Source of the DNA: a virus
IMG/VR virus record: IMGVR_UViG_3300042509_001112
Location: 1-64,000 of that record
Direction: 5' to 3' (one strand)
Length of the DNA stretch: 64,000 bases
Shown here in pieces: positions 21,407 through 30,715 of this stretch (positions are counted from its first letter, which is position 1; each line of letters begins with the position of its first letter). A program made the position numbers and the translations under genes. A model generated the notes under the pieces. It made no database searches and had not been told where the DNA came from. It saw nothing but the letters and a program-made list of their open reading frames with translations.

Positions 21407-22291
21407 TTATCCTACTACTACTTTAGTAGCTGGTTCAGCTATTGTTTGATTAATATTATATTTATCACAAAGATATTGAGCTATTTCAACGTCATTGTTA
21501 TTAATACAATTAATAATTGCTTGACAATCTTCAATATGTTCATCCATTACAAAACCATTATTAATAGCTTCAATAGCTGCAAAAGTATTATCAAATACCC
21601 ACTTAACATGTTCTGGAGATTGAAACCAGAATTGACCTAGAGTTCTAAGTTCAGTAGTTACGCTACCAATTCTATGTTCACCAGCTTTACCATAAAGTTT
21701 TCTTCTTAAACTACCATTAGTATTAATTAGAATACTTGGAATAGTAAGATACAAATCCAATACTCTAATAAGATTAATAGAAGTTTCATAATTCATATTA
21801 GCATATGAAATATGTAAATGACCACCCACAGATCTAAGATTACTATCTGTAGCACTAGGTCTTGGATTTACTTCTAAATCCCAAGCATTCATACTAGGAC
21901 TGCAACCAAATTCTTTAGCAATAGGATTATCTAATTCTTTATCACTAAAGACAGCAGCATCTGGACTACCATCATTAATTACTTCAATATTTAATCCTTT
22001 AGAAGCAAATTCTTTATTGATAAAATCAATAATAAACATACAATCATTATACATCTTAGTATAATGATTAGTTGGAGGTAAAGTAAGCTCTAATGCTACG
22101 TTATCCTCTTGTACACCATAACCATCTTTAATAAATCTAGGTGAATCTTTACTACCACCTATAAGACCAATACCTGATACATATTCTTTTGTTGTTTTAT
22201 CTCTTAAAAAGAATTCTGGATCACTACCTAATCTTACATTTTCAATTTTAGTAAGATTATTTTTATCTAATTTTATTACAATATTTTTCAT
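21407..22291 (-). CDS. phiEco32-like COOH-NH2 ligase type 2
   Basis: LGSDPEFF, QEDNVALE, FGCSP, RSVGGHLHI, RRKLYGKAG, ELRTL. Confidence 0.87.
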   Translation of the reverse strand: MKNIVIKLDKNNLTKIENVRLGSDPEFFLRDKTTKEYVSGIGLIGGSKDSPRFIKDGYGVQEDNVALELTLPPTNHYTKMYNDCMFIIDFINKEFASKGLNIEVINDGSPDAAVFSDKELDNPIAKEFGCSPSMNAWDLEVNPRPSATDSNLRSVGGHLHISYANMNYETSINLIRVLDLYLTIPSILINTNGSLRRKLYGKAGEHRIGSVTTELRTLGQFWFQSPEHVKWVFDNTFAAIEAINNGFVMDEHIEDCQAIINCINNNDVEIAQYLCDKYNINQTIAEPATKVVVG

Positions 22292-22299
22292 AGTATAAT

Positions 22300-23055
22300 T
22301 TAAAAGTTTAACAAATTTAATTTTTTATTAGTTTTTTTATTGCTTTTAGACAATAGATACTGAATCAACGTATTACTAAAGTCATCAAAAGTCATTCTTT
22401 CAGGATGATATTGCACACCTATAATATTTAATTCATTATGCATAAAAGCTTCTACAATGTAATGATTACCTTCAGTAAAGGTATATTCTACATCTTTGTT
22501 TACAAGTAAAGGAGTTAAATCAGGATTTTTAGATAAGCTTTCTAGAGTAACACCTTGATGATGATAACTATTAACTTTATATACATTTTTAAATGTAGTA
22601 CCATTAAATTCTTGATATATTTTGTTAACTGCAATAGAATTAACTTTACAAGTATTTACATCTTCTTTATCACTACTACCACTATAACCATGGTAAGCAC
22701 TAACATTTTGAATTAAAGGCACACCAAAATGTATTGCAAGTTGTTGCATACCTAAACAAATACCAAAGATAGGTATATTAGCATTAATATACTGAGGTAA
22801 ATTTACTTTAGCAAAATAATCCTTATAAGGATCTGCCATACTATTTTGAAAACTTGGTACTTGATTGTAGTTATAAGACATAGTATCTGCACCACCTGGT
22901 AATACTACTAAATCTAAATCAGTTCTAATATTACTATTTGGTGTTAGTATTTCTACTTGACCAAAATTACTTAAGTATTCTAAATATGCTTTTTGTACAC
23001 CAAAACTATTATCACCTAATGACCAACCTGGTATTCCTATTAATTTTTTACTCAT
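22300..23055 (-). CDS. Class I glutamine amidotransferase-like (peptidase C26 / gamma-glutamyl hydrolase family)
   Basis: LPGGAD, GICLGMQ nucleophile elbow, VNSYHHQ, GVQYHPE (Cys-His-Glu triad). Confidence 0.9.
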   Translation of the reverse strand: MSKKLIGIPGWSLGDNSFGVQKAYLEYLSNFGQVEILTPNSNIRTDLDLVVLPGGADTMSYNYNQVPSFQNSMADPYKDYFAKVNLPQYINANIPIFGICLGMQQLAIHFGVPLIQNVSAYHGYSGSSDKEDVNTCKVNSIAVNKIYQEFNGTTFKNVYKVNSYHHQGVTLESLSKNPDLTPLLVNKDVEYTFTEGNHYIVEAFMHNELNIIGVQYHPERMTFDDFSNTLIQYLLSKSNKKTNKKLNLLNF

Positions 23056-23056
23056 T

Positions 23057-23965
23057 TTAATTTAATTTATTTGCTTTTAATAATCTTAATTTTGAATATA
23101 AACTTTCAGCTGATTGTGGATCAGTTAAAAGTTTATACAATTTTGTATATTCTTTTAAAGTATATGTTTGAGAATAAGTACTATCTTTAGTAAAAAAGTT
23201 TTTACAATTATCTTGATCTTTTAATTTTAATCTTAAATTAGATGTATTTATAATTCTATTAATTTTACTAATAACAATAAAACTTTGATCAAGAGTTAGA
23301 CCTACACTATAACTAATAAAACTATTATAGTTACTAATGCGATGAAAACCTTTATGACCAGTTACACAATCAGTAGGTATCATTCTATTAGCAACTTGAT
23401 ATAAAAAGAAAAGATCTAATTTATTTTCAAATAAATCACAGAGTTCAATAAATCTTGCTGGAACATGTAATTGATAGTTTAAAATTAAACTTCTAATAGC
23501 TTGCCAATGAAGTATTAACCAAGATTTTTCATTTGGTTCAATATCACTATAATCCATTTCTATATAGACATGAGTTTTAGTTATATTCTTAATACTCCAA
23601 GGTGACCCCATCTTTTGTAATAAAGATACATATTTTTCTATATATTCTATATTAGAATATTTATCTTTTAATGGGTTAACAAACTTATCTAATTCAATAA
23701 ACATCTGAAGATATGTATCACTATAAATATATTTAGTACCAGCATAGTAAGCATCTGATAATAATAATTTATTATTGTAAGATTTTTGAAAGTCTTGCCA
23801 TATAAATTGACAACAATTTTCAATACATTGTTTTAAATTTATTTTAGATGTTTTATCAAATAACAATAAGTTACCTAATGCTTGATCACTTTTACTTAAA
23901 AAATCATCTGGTAATGTTTTTAAACAAGATTCAATTTTTACACTAACTGCTTCTTCAATTTCCAT
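23057..23965 (-). CDS. Hypothetical protein within amidoligase cluster
   Basis: 302-aa ORF overlapping the ATP-grasp gene. Confidence 0.6.
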   Translation of the reverse strand: MEIEEAVSVKIESCLKTLPDDFLSKSDQALGNLLLFDKTSKINLKQCIENCCQFIWQDFQKSYNNKLLLSDAYYAGTKYIYSDTYLQMFIELDKFVNPLKDKYSNIEYIEKYVSLLQKMGSPWSIKNITKTHVYIEMDYSDIEPNEKSWLILHWQAIRSLILNYQLHVPARFIELCDLFENKLDLFFLYQVANRMIPTDCVTGHKGFHRISNYNSFISYSVGLTLDQSFIVISKINRIINTSNLRLKLKDQDNCKNFFTKDSTYSQTYTLKEYTKLYKLLTDPQSAESLYSKLRLLKANKLN

Positions 23966-24824
23966 TATTATTTCCTTTTTTAATAATTAACTTAGGTAAT
24001 ATTTCAATATACTTAGTAGCTACAATACTAATATCGTCATTAGTACTAGATAAACTACTTGCACTATTACATTCTAATAGAATATATTCTTGATATTCTC
24101 TTGGTTTACCATTACCTTTAGTAGCACTTTGTACTCTAACATCAAAACTAAGAATATCAGCTTTAATATGTTTTAAAGCTTTAACACAATCTTCAACAAT
24201 ATCATTCCAAGAATTAGGTTTATTAAATTGAGGATTAGATTCAAGTAACCAAACACAATTAGAATCATTTCTATACCAAGATTCTTCTTCAGCAGTATCA
24301 CTCTTTAAAGCTTTTCTACAAGTATAAAAACAACCATCTTCAGTTACATGTAATCTATATTCTAAAGCATAGTTATAGAACTTCTCAAAGATATAGTTAG
24401 ATAAATTCTTATTGTTTATCCACTTATTAAGTTGTTCCATATTATGTAATAAAGTATTACCTTCACCGCGACTACCATATATATGTTTAGCTACAATAGG
24501 AAAGTTTTCATTAGCCCAATCATTTAGAGCTCCATCTGTCCACATATCAGCTGTACAAACATCTGCTTGTATAAAAGCTTGTTTCATTAGTTTTTTATTA
24601 GAGCTAATTTTAATAGCATCTACAGTATTAATCTCAATCCTTTTACCACCATGAGCTACAGTATCATACATTTCAGTAGTACTACCCAATCTAATTACAC
24701 TTTTAAAAGGTGTAAGAGAAAGGTTAGTTCTAAGTATAGAATGACTAGGATGTCTTGATTTAATTTGTGGTCTAAATTTTGTAAATTTGGGTTTAAGCTG
24801 TTTGGACTTCTTTACTGTTGACAT
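23955..24824 (-). CDS. ATP-grasp amide-bond ligase (RimK/YheCD-like)
   Basis: SSNKKLMK, FPIVAKHIYGSRGEG, IFEKF, EYRLHV, SFDV, ILLECNSAS. Confidence 0.8.
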   Translation of the reverse strand: MSTVKKSKQLKPKFTKFRPQIKSRHPSHSILRTNLSLTPFKSVIRLGSTTEMYDTVAHGGKRIEINTVDAIKISSNKKLMKQAFIQADVCTADMWTDGALNDWANENFPIVAKHIYGSRGEGNTLLHNMEQLNKWINNKNLSNYIFEKFYNYALEYRLHVTEDGCFYTCRKALKSDTAEEESWYRNDSNCVWLLESNPQFNKPNSWNDIVEDCVKALKHIKADILSFDVRVQSATKGNGKPREYQEYILLECNSASSLSSTNDDISIVATKYIEILPKLIIKKGNNNGN

Positions 24825-25551
24825 TGTTATTATTAATTAATTGTGAGTAATCTAACTTATATCCTATTATACCTAAGTTATGAGTACTAGTATCACCTCT
24901 AAGATTACTAAAATCTTGTGGTAATGGTCCGTACTTTAATATATTTTTAAGTTTAGGTAAAGCTTGTTTAACCAAACTTATATCATCCATAAAAGCATTA
25001 AATTTTTCTAACCATTCAATAGGATCTTTCATAGTATTATCATAAAATTGTCCTACTCTAAGTAATAAAGAGTATAAACTTATCATGTAAGTACTTGTAG
25101 TCCATATTATAGGTACTTCTATAAAGTATAGATTATCTGATACTTCAACAATTGTTGTATTATCAAAAGCATCAAGATCTAAATGTTCTTCTATTTGATT
25201 CATAAAGAACTCTAAGTTTTTATAGTTCTTTTTTAATCTTTCAACATCTTTTAAATATGTAGTAGTGTTGTATTGATGACTATATTTATATGGACATATT
25301 GATATTGCGATATAACCAAACTTTTTATCAAATATGTCTTGTTTACCTTCTAAACGACAACCATATGCACTAATAGGTTTATTAGTATGTTCAGCAAATA
25401 TAACATCATTTAGATAATCTTTACAAGGACTAATAGGTTGTATTGTTTCAAATACATCATTTTTTACTTTCTTCAAAAAAGCAAAACCCATTTGATTACT
25501 TCTACCTTCAGAAAGTTTAGAACGGCATTGTTTGTTTACTATTTGTATCAT
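24793..25551 (-). CDS. Hypothetical protein within amidoligase cluster
   Basis: ORF with CKDYLND and W..STYMISLYSLLLR segments; start probably MIQIVNK. Confidence 0.6.
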   Translation of the reverse strand: MIQIVNKQCRSKLSEGRSNQMGFAFLKKVKNDVFETIQPISPCKDYLNDVIFAEHTNKPISAYGCRLEGKQDIFDKKFGYIAISICPYKYSHQYNTTTYLKDVERLKKNYKNLEFFMNQIEEHLDLDAFDNTTIVEVSDNLYFIEVPIIWTTSTYMISLYSLLLRVGQFYDNTMKDPIEWLEKFNAFMDDISLVKQALPKLKNILKYGPLPQDFSNLRGDTSTHNLGIIGYKLDYSQLINNNNVNSKEVQTA

Positions 25552-26209
25552 AAATAACTTTTTTAACGTTTTTAATAAGAGTTGGATAATGTTTACCATT
25601 GTATTCTAAATAAACTATATTTGTATTGTTAATTAATTTACCTGTTTTTTTATCTGCGTATTTATGCTTACGAGATATTAGATTAATAACTTTACAAATA
25701 GTATTTTTAGATATAGGTAATTTTTTAGAGTTAACTAATTTAACAAAATCACCTACTCTAATATTTAAATTAGGTTTATGTACTTGTAATACTATTTTAG
25801 GTTCAGTAAATAAATACTCACAATCACTTTCTACAAACCTAAGTTTCTTATTATCAGGTGTTGTTATTACGATTGTATTTCTAGATATACCATCAATTTT
25901 ACATACATAATTTTCTTCTAATTTAAAAGGAAACTCTTTACCTACTAATTTTGATTTAATTTTTCTATAATTAAAAATATTTGCAGATTCTTCAAAATTT
26001 TTAATTTTTACTTTTTTAGAATAATATTTTATTACTGTTGTGTTATCAATAGGAAAACAATTACTCCTATAAATAAGCCTATATGTATTTTTTGATAAAT
26101 CATATATAATATATTCATTATCATCGTTAGGCTTACTAGCTACAATACCGTATACTGGGATAACAGATATTAATTTAACTAGACTTCCGAAAGGTAATGA
26201 CTTTAACAT
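25517..26209 (-). CDS. Hypothetical basic protein, possibly tandem SH3/KOW-like beta domains
   Basis: Repeated short beta-rich units (FGSLVKL, IRVGDFVKL). Confidence 0.5.
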   Translation of the reverse strand: MLKSLPFGSLVKLISVIPVYGIVASKPNDDNEYIIYDLSKNTYRLIYRSNCFPIDNTTVIKYYSKKVKIKNFEESANIFNYRKIKSKLVGKEFPFKLEENYVCKIDGISRNTIVITTPDNKKLRFVESDCEYLFTEPKIVLQVHKPNLNIRVGDFVKLVNSKKLPISKNTICKVINLISRKHKYADKKTGKLINNTNIVYLEYNGKHYPTLIKNVKKVIYDTNSKQTMPF

Positions 26210-26601
26210 TATTTTAATTTTTTAAATTCTTCATAAAGATAATCTATTAAATGAATTTTATGTGGTTTTTTAGTATACATAGTATTAATTGCCCAGTTTA
26301 AATGAGATCCATACCAATTATCTTTTTCTCCTAATTTAAAAAAAGTTTTATAAATTTTTTCAGATAAATGTAATAAACAAAATTCAAACCAATGAATATT
26401 AATTAAAATACATCTACCTGTTTTTATTGTATCATCTGAAAAAGACAATATATTACCAAAGTTTGGAGTATCAGACCAATTGTCTGTAAAATATTCATCT
26501 GTATTAAATGTAAATTTTATTTCTTTATATTCAGGAAATAATGTTTTACACATTTCTAATAATTTAGATTTGTGCTTTTCTGTTAATGCTAATGGTTTCA
26601 T
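26209..26601 (-). CDS. Hypothetical protein, paralog of 28529..28846
   Basis: LTEKHKSKLLEMCKTLFP...IHWFEFC...LYEEFKKLK shared with 28529..28846. Confidence 0.7.
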   Translation of the reverse strand: MKPLALTEKHKSKLLEMCKTLFPEYKEIKFTFNTDEYFTDNWSDTPNFGNILSFSDDTIKTGRCILINIHWFEFCLLHLSEKIYKTFFKLGEKDNWYGSHLNWAINTMYTKKPHKIHLIDYLYEEFKKLK

Positions 26602-26602
26602 T

Positions 26603-28519
26603 TTAAAATAAAGTTAATTGTGGATCAAGTATTGTATCTATTTCTTTCTGAGCTTCTTTAATATAAAATTGATAGTTTATATCATACTCATTCATTTGCT
26701 TCTCTATAAAGTCATTAAATATGGTTACTTGATAACCTTTATTAATAACTTCAGATGTGCCTTTAGAATAATATTTTATAAAGTTTGCTCCTTTATTAGA
26801 TATATAATATCTAACATTCTTTTGTTGCTTTTCAACTAATTCTACAGCTATACCATCTTTATAACCTAAATAATGTATTTGACCATAACTATCTCTACCA
26901 AATTTCTGTCTACCACAAAAATCATATATATTAGTATGATTCATAATAGTATTTCTAATAGGTATATTATTTACAAAGAATTGACTTAAAGCATAAGGTA
27001 TAATTCTAAAACTATTATCTTTATGATAAGCAGGTTCAGAACCAACTACTTTATCTACTTCAAATGCACCTTTATATTTAACTTTACCTTTAGTAGTTAC
27101 AGCCAAATAATTATTTACATCTCTAATTACCATCTTAGAATACTCTACATATTCTAATTGTAATTTAGTTTGTTGTTCCCAATTCTTACAAATGTTGTAG
27201 TATGCATTAATACTGTGTTGATTATTAGGTATTTTGAGAGTAATACCGTCAGTATTAATTTGCAATACAGTCATATCTTTAATTCTATCAACTAATTCTT
27301 CTGCTAACATAGTTAGTAATAGTTGACCATTAAGAGTTATACACATTGTAAATTTAGGATCATATAAGAAACTATTAATATCATTAGATTTACCATAAGT
27401 ACTATTAGAAGATAATTTCATTGCATCAGCAATAGAATTATTGCCTTCTTTTTTAGCTAAAGCTCTTAATATTGTTAATTTTTCATAAACATCCACAAAA
27501 ACATCTCCTAAATGTTCAGGATAAAATCTATTAGTTATTGCTAATCTGGGGTACATTTGTGCTACATCTGCATCAATTATAATATAATCTTCATCAGATT
27601 CATATACACCAGGTTTAATACAAGCATGAATACCACCAGTACCATAGTCATATTTAAAACCTTTATATATTACTGATTCACTAATACTACCTTTAGTTTC
27701 TCTAATAACTTTACTTTTTAACTTATTAAGTAATTTATTAAAGTCATCAGATTTAAACTTAATATAAGGTAATATACATTCATTAAGATTAATAGAATCT
27801 CTATGAGTACGCATCTGTTTAATATCCCAAGGATTTGTTTTAGTCTTATTAGTATATAGTTTAAGAATAAGTTGTTCACCTATTTTACTATCTGACCAAT
27901 TAATACAAGGAATATCAAATTGAGTTATTAATGATTTGCGTAGCTCTATCTTAGGAAGAGAATTAGTATAAAATCTATAAGTTGCTAATACATCGTTAAG
28001 ATTATATTCAAGTATAGGAGTAATCTCATCAAAAGAAATATCAGTTCTTTTGTGATCAATTGGCATTTCCATAACATTAGGATAATTCATACTTATCTCT
28101 AATGCTTTTAGACTTGTACTACGAGCTTTGTTGTTATAATGCCATATTTTAAATAAGTCTAATTGGGGTATTAATACTTCACGTTCTTTAATAGATACAC
28201 TTGTTACAAAGTTTTTCTGATTCTGTTCTTCAATAATACTTGTAGCTTTATCATGTATTTCTTTAATGATAAACTCTCTACTAGAATCTTTATTAATAGA
28301 TTTAAGTATAAAATGAATAACAGGATAATCAAAGTTAACATTGTTAAATCCAATATGTCCTTTACAAGATTTAAGATGCATTATAAGACTATTATAATCC
28401 CACCTATCTTTGTGAAGAACATATTGGACTATTTCTTCAGTATCAATATTAAAAGCTGTATAAGTAAAGCAACTAGCTAATGTTTCTATATCATATACCC
28501 ATACACTTCTATTTTGCAT
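26603..28519 (-). CDS. Family B DNA polymerase
   Basis: YDIETL, GFNNVNFDY, YNLNDV (Exo I-III); DADVAQMYP (A), KLSSNSTYGK (B), NTDG (C), KYKG. Confidence 0.9.
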   Translation of the reverse strand: MQNRSVWVYDIETLASCFTYTAFNIDTEEIVQYVLHKDRWDYNSLIMHLKSCKGHIGFNNVNFDYPVIHFILKSINKDSSREFIIKEIHDKATSIIEEQNQKNFVTSVSIKEREVLIPQLDLFKIWHYNNKARSTSLKALEISMNYPNVMEMPIDHKRTDISFDEITPILEYNLNDVLATYRFYTNSLPKIELRKSLITQFDIPCINWSDSKIGEQLILKLYTNKTKTNPWDIKQMRTHRDSINLNECILPYIKFKSDDFNKLLNKLKSKVIRETKGSISESVIYKGFKYDYGTGGIHACIKPGVYESDEDYIIIDADVAQMYPRLAITNRFYPEHLGDVFVDVYEKLTILRALAKKEGNNSIADAMKLSSNSTYGKSNDINSFLYDPKFTMCITLNGQLLLTMLAEELVDRIKDMTVLQINTDGITLKIPNNQHSINAYYNICKNWEQQTKLQLEYVEYSKMVIRDVNNYLAVTTKGKVKYKGAFEVDKVVGSEPAYHKDNSFRIIPYALSQFFVNNIPIRNTIMNHTNIYDFCGRQKFGRDSYGQIHYLGYKDGIAVELVEKQQKNVRYYISNKGANFIKYYSKGTSEVINKGYQVTIFNDFIEKQMNEYDINYQFYIKEAQKEIDTILDPQLTLF

Positions 28520-28528
28520 TAAATTTAT

Positions 28529-28846
28529 TTATTTTAATTTTTTAAATTCTTCATATAGAAAATTTATTGGGTGTGATTCATACCAACTATCTGTTAATTT
28601 ACTAAAAAATTCATATTCTAAAACATCTGACTTGTTTAAATTAGAAGCTACTATTAAAATTTGATTTTGTAAATGTGTCATACAAAACTCAAACCAATGA
28701 ATAAATGTTAAAAATTCATCTGTTTCTTCATTTAGAAATCTTAAGTCTTCTGTAAAAAATTCAAATTTACAATGTTTAGGAAATAACTTATTACACATCT
28801 CCAATAACTTCTTCTTATGTTCTTCTGTTAGTTCTATTGCTTTCAT
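28529..28846 (-). CDS. Hypothetical protein, paralog of 26209..26601
   Basis: LTEEHKKKLLEMCNKLFP...IHWFEFC...LYEEFKKLK. Confidence 0.7.
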   Translation of the reverse strand: MKAIELTEEHKKKLLEMCNKLFPKHCKFEFFTEDLRFLNEETDEFLTFIHWFEFCMTHLQNQILIVASNLNKSDVLEYEFFSKLTDSWYESHPINFLYEEFKKLK

Positions 28847-28853
28847 ATATTTA

Positions 28854-29066
28854 TCATGTTACAATGTCTACTCGATGGCTAAATTGTTTTAATAAACTAT
28901 CTAAACATTCAAAACAAGCTTCATTAGCATCTATTTTATTTAACCATTTGGCTCTAAATAGTTCTACATAATTCATTACAGCTTTCTTATGTTTAATAGT
29001 ATTGTTAGGATTACTAATAACATTAACTGTTTTAGTATAATCTTTTAAGAATTGGGGATTACTCAT
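28854..29066 (-). CDS. Hypothetical protein
   Basis: 70-aa ORF coupled to neighbour. Confidence 0.5.
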   Translation of the reverse strand: MSNPQFLKDYTKTVNVISNPNNTIKHKKAVMNYVELFRAKWLNKIDANEACFECLDSLLKQFSHRVDIVT

Positions 29067-29343
29067 TTATTTCAGTTTTAGATTCTTCTTTACTTAAATA
29101 TCTTTCCATAGCCTTTTGAAATACTAAAGGTCTATATACTTCATATAAAGCTTCTTTATCTGTTTTAGATAACTTAATTGTTTTATTATATACATCTTTA
29201 GCAAATTGATCTAATTCTTCAAAAGATAGTTTTTTATATTCTTCAAGTTTACTAATATATCTGTTTGCTATTTTAGTTTGTTGAGAACTTTTAAATAATT
29301 GTTTTAAAACACGTTTTTGGTGTCTATTTTGTGATTGAGCCAT
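29059..29343 (-). CDS. Hypothetical protein
   Basis: 94-aa ORF. Confidence 0.55.
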   Translation of the reverse strand: MAQSQNRHQKRVLKQLFKSSQQTKIANRYISKLEEYKKLSFEELDQFAKDVYNKTIKLSKTDKEALYEVYRPLVFQKAMERYLSKEESKTEINE

Positions 29344-29414
29344 AGGTTTATTTTGGGTTTAGTTTGTTGTGTATGCGAAATGAAGTAGCGGGTAGCGGGG
29401 AGTTATCGGCAACC

Positions 29415-29660
29415 CTAAACGACATCCAAGTATTGAGATTCATAATAACATTTAGCTGCATCTTGTTCATCAATAGGGCAAACCTCTAATTCGTAAATTG
29501 AACAGAATGCTTCCATATATGCCAACTCTATTTGCTCTCTTTCTTTTTCAAGGGCTTGTTTAAGCATTCCGTGAAATACCTTCATAGATATTTCTACGCC
29601 ATTGTTAAAATCCATTTCAACAATATCAATCATTTCCTGTGCTGCGGTTTTGTTTTTCAT
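29415..29660 (-). CDS. Hypothetical protein carried in the cassette (KxTA...EQI..A...YY family)
   Basis: MKNKTAAQEM...EKEREQIELAY...AKCYYESQY resembles 31112..31315 and 31296..31508. Confidence 0.6.
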   Translation of the reverse strand: MKNKTAAQEMIDIVEMDFNNGVEISMKVFHGMLKQALEKEREQIELAYMEAFCSIYELEVCPIDEQDAAKCYYESQYLDVV

Positions 29661-29744
29661 TTTTAAGTGTTTTATTTTGTTGTTAATCAATTATTTAATA
29701 TTTGTTTCCCTTATTGATAAGGTGAACATTCCGAAAGAAGGGCA

Positions 29745-29824
29745 GCCGATAACAGCAGTTTGGCGCAATAGCCGCCACGCTGCAAGCCAACCCTTCGGCT
29801 ACTGTCGCCAAGCTGCAACACGTT
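29745..29824 (+). repeat. attC-like imperfect inverted repeat
   Basis: GCCGATAAC-A-GCAGTTTGGCG-CAATAGCCG...CGGCTACTG-T-CGCCAAGCTGC-AACAC-GTT; long stem with an unpaired T; GC-rich in an AT-rich genome. Confidence 0.7.
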
Positions 29825-30039
29825 CAATCCCCCTCCTCATCATTTATCCGCTTAACTTTTGTATTACTAATTTTTAAGTATTCTATAATATCATTAACAT
29901 TTTTATGTTTGATAATATCTTTGTTATTAACTCCGTTAAAATAGTCATTTGAGCATTCTCTAGGAAAACCTGCCCATGTTTCAGTATATGGATTATAATG
30001 AAATACATATCCTTGTAGGAATTCTGCTTGTTTAGTCAT
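29824..30039 (-). CDS. Hypothetical protein
   Basis: 71-aa ORF with FHYNPYTETW motif; its stop codon overlaps the terminal GTT of the attC-like site. Confidence 0.6.
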   Translation of the reverse strand: MTKQAEFLQGYVFHYNPYTETWAGFPRECSNDYFNGVNNKDIIKHKNVNDIIEYLKISNTKVKRINDEEGD

Positions 30040-30040
30040 T

Positions 30041-30715
30041 TTATTTAGTTATTGATTTAATTGTATATTGAAATGGATTACCTTCAATATTTTGTATAAG
30101 ATTTAGCATTTGTTGTGCAATTTCTCTAATTTCAACTTGAGCATGTTCACTATTCCTAAGTTTTAGAAAGTTAGCAAAGCTTCTCATGTTAAACATTACA
30201 TCAGCTTGTATTTGAGAGTTATAAGTTTTAAAGAACCTTGCAGACTCTTTAGCTCTTTTTCTACCAAGAATAGGTGTTAAATCTTCTAGACATTGATGAT
30301 ATAGTTGATTGCTTAATTTTGTGTATTCATTTAATATATCAAACCATTTCATTTCACCTTCATCATACCATCCAAAATTAGTTTCCATATTTTTTTGAAG
30401 ATAAATATCTTTCCAATCTTCAGGTAAATAAAACTTATCTTCTTTCAACTCTTTATACCTAGCACTCTCTGCATTAATAGAGGCCATCCTATGCTTTAAT
30501 AAATGAATGTGTGAAGCAATATCACAATTCACAAGAAAATGCACTGTAGCCTTCTCAAATGGTGTTTCATGACCATTGCTCCATAACATATCTATTAAAG
30601 CAGGTATTCTAGCTTTCTTATCATCTGTTAATTCTCTAGATGTACTAGTCCATGCGCTGCAAGATATTACTTCATCAGAACCATAATAACCTAATAATTC
30701 TACTGTATTATTCAT
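30041..30715 (-). CDS. thyX: Flavin-dependent thymidylate synthase
   Basis: HETPFE, HLLKHR-x7-SARY (RHRx7SxR variant), LRNSEHAQVEIR; start probably MNNTVEL. Confidence 0.9.
   Translation of the reverse strand: MNNTVELLGYYGSDEVISCSAWTSTSRELTDDKKARIPALIDMLWSNGHETPFEKATVHFLVNCDIASHIHLLKHRMASINAESARYKELKEDKFYLPEDWKDIYLQKNMETNFGWYDEGEMKWFDILNEYTKLSNQLYHQCLEDLTPILGRKRAKESARFFKTYNSQIQADVMFNMRSFANFLKLRNSEHAQVEIREIAQQMLNLIQNIEGNPFQYTIKSITK

Larger units (their letters stand above)
29402..29824 (+). mobile_element. Integron-type gene cassette-like unit (core site - ORF - attC-like site)
   Basis: GTTATCGGC at 29402-29410 is the reverse complement of GCCGATAAC at 29745-29753; an ~80-bp imperfect palindrome follows and ends in GTT at 29822-29824; one ORF lies between, on the opposite strand. 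Confidence 0.65.
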
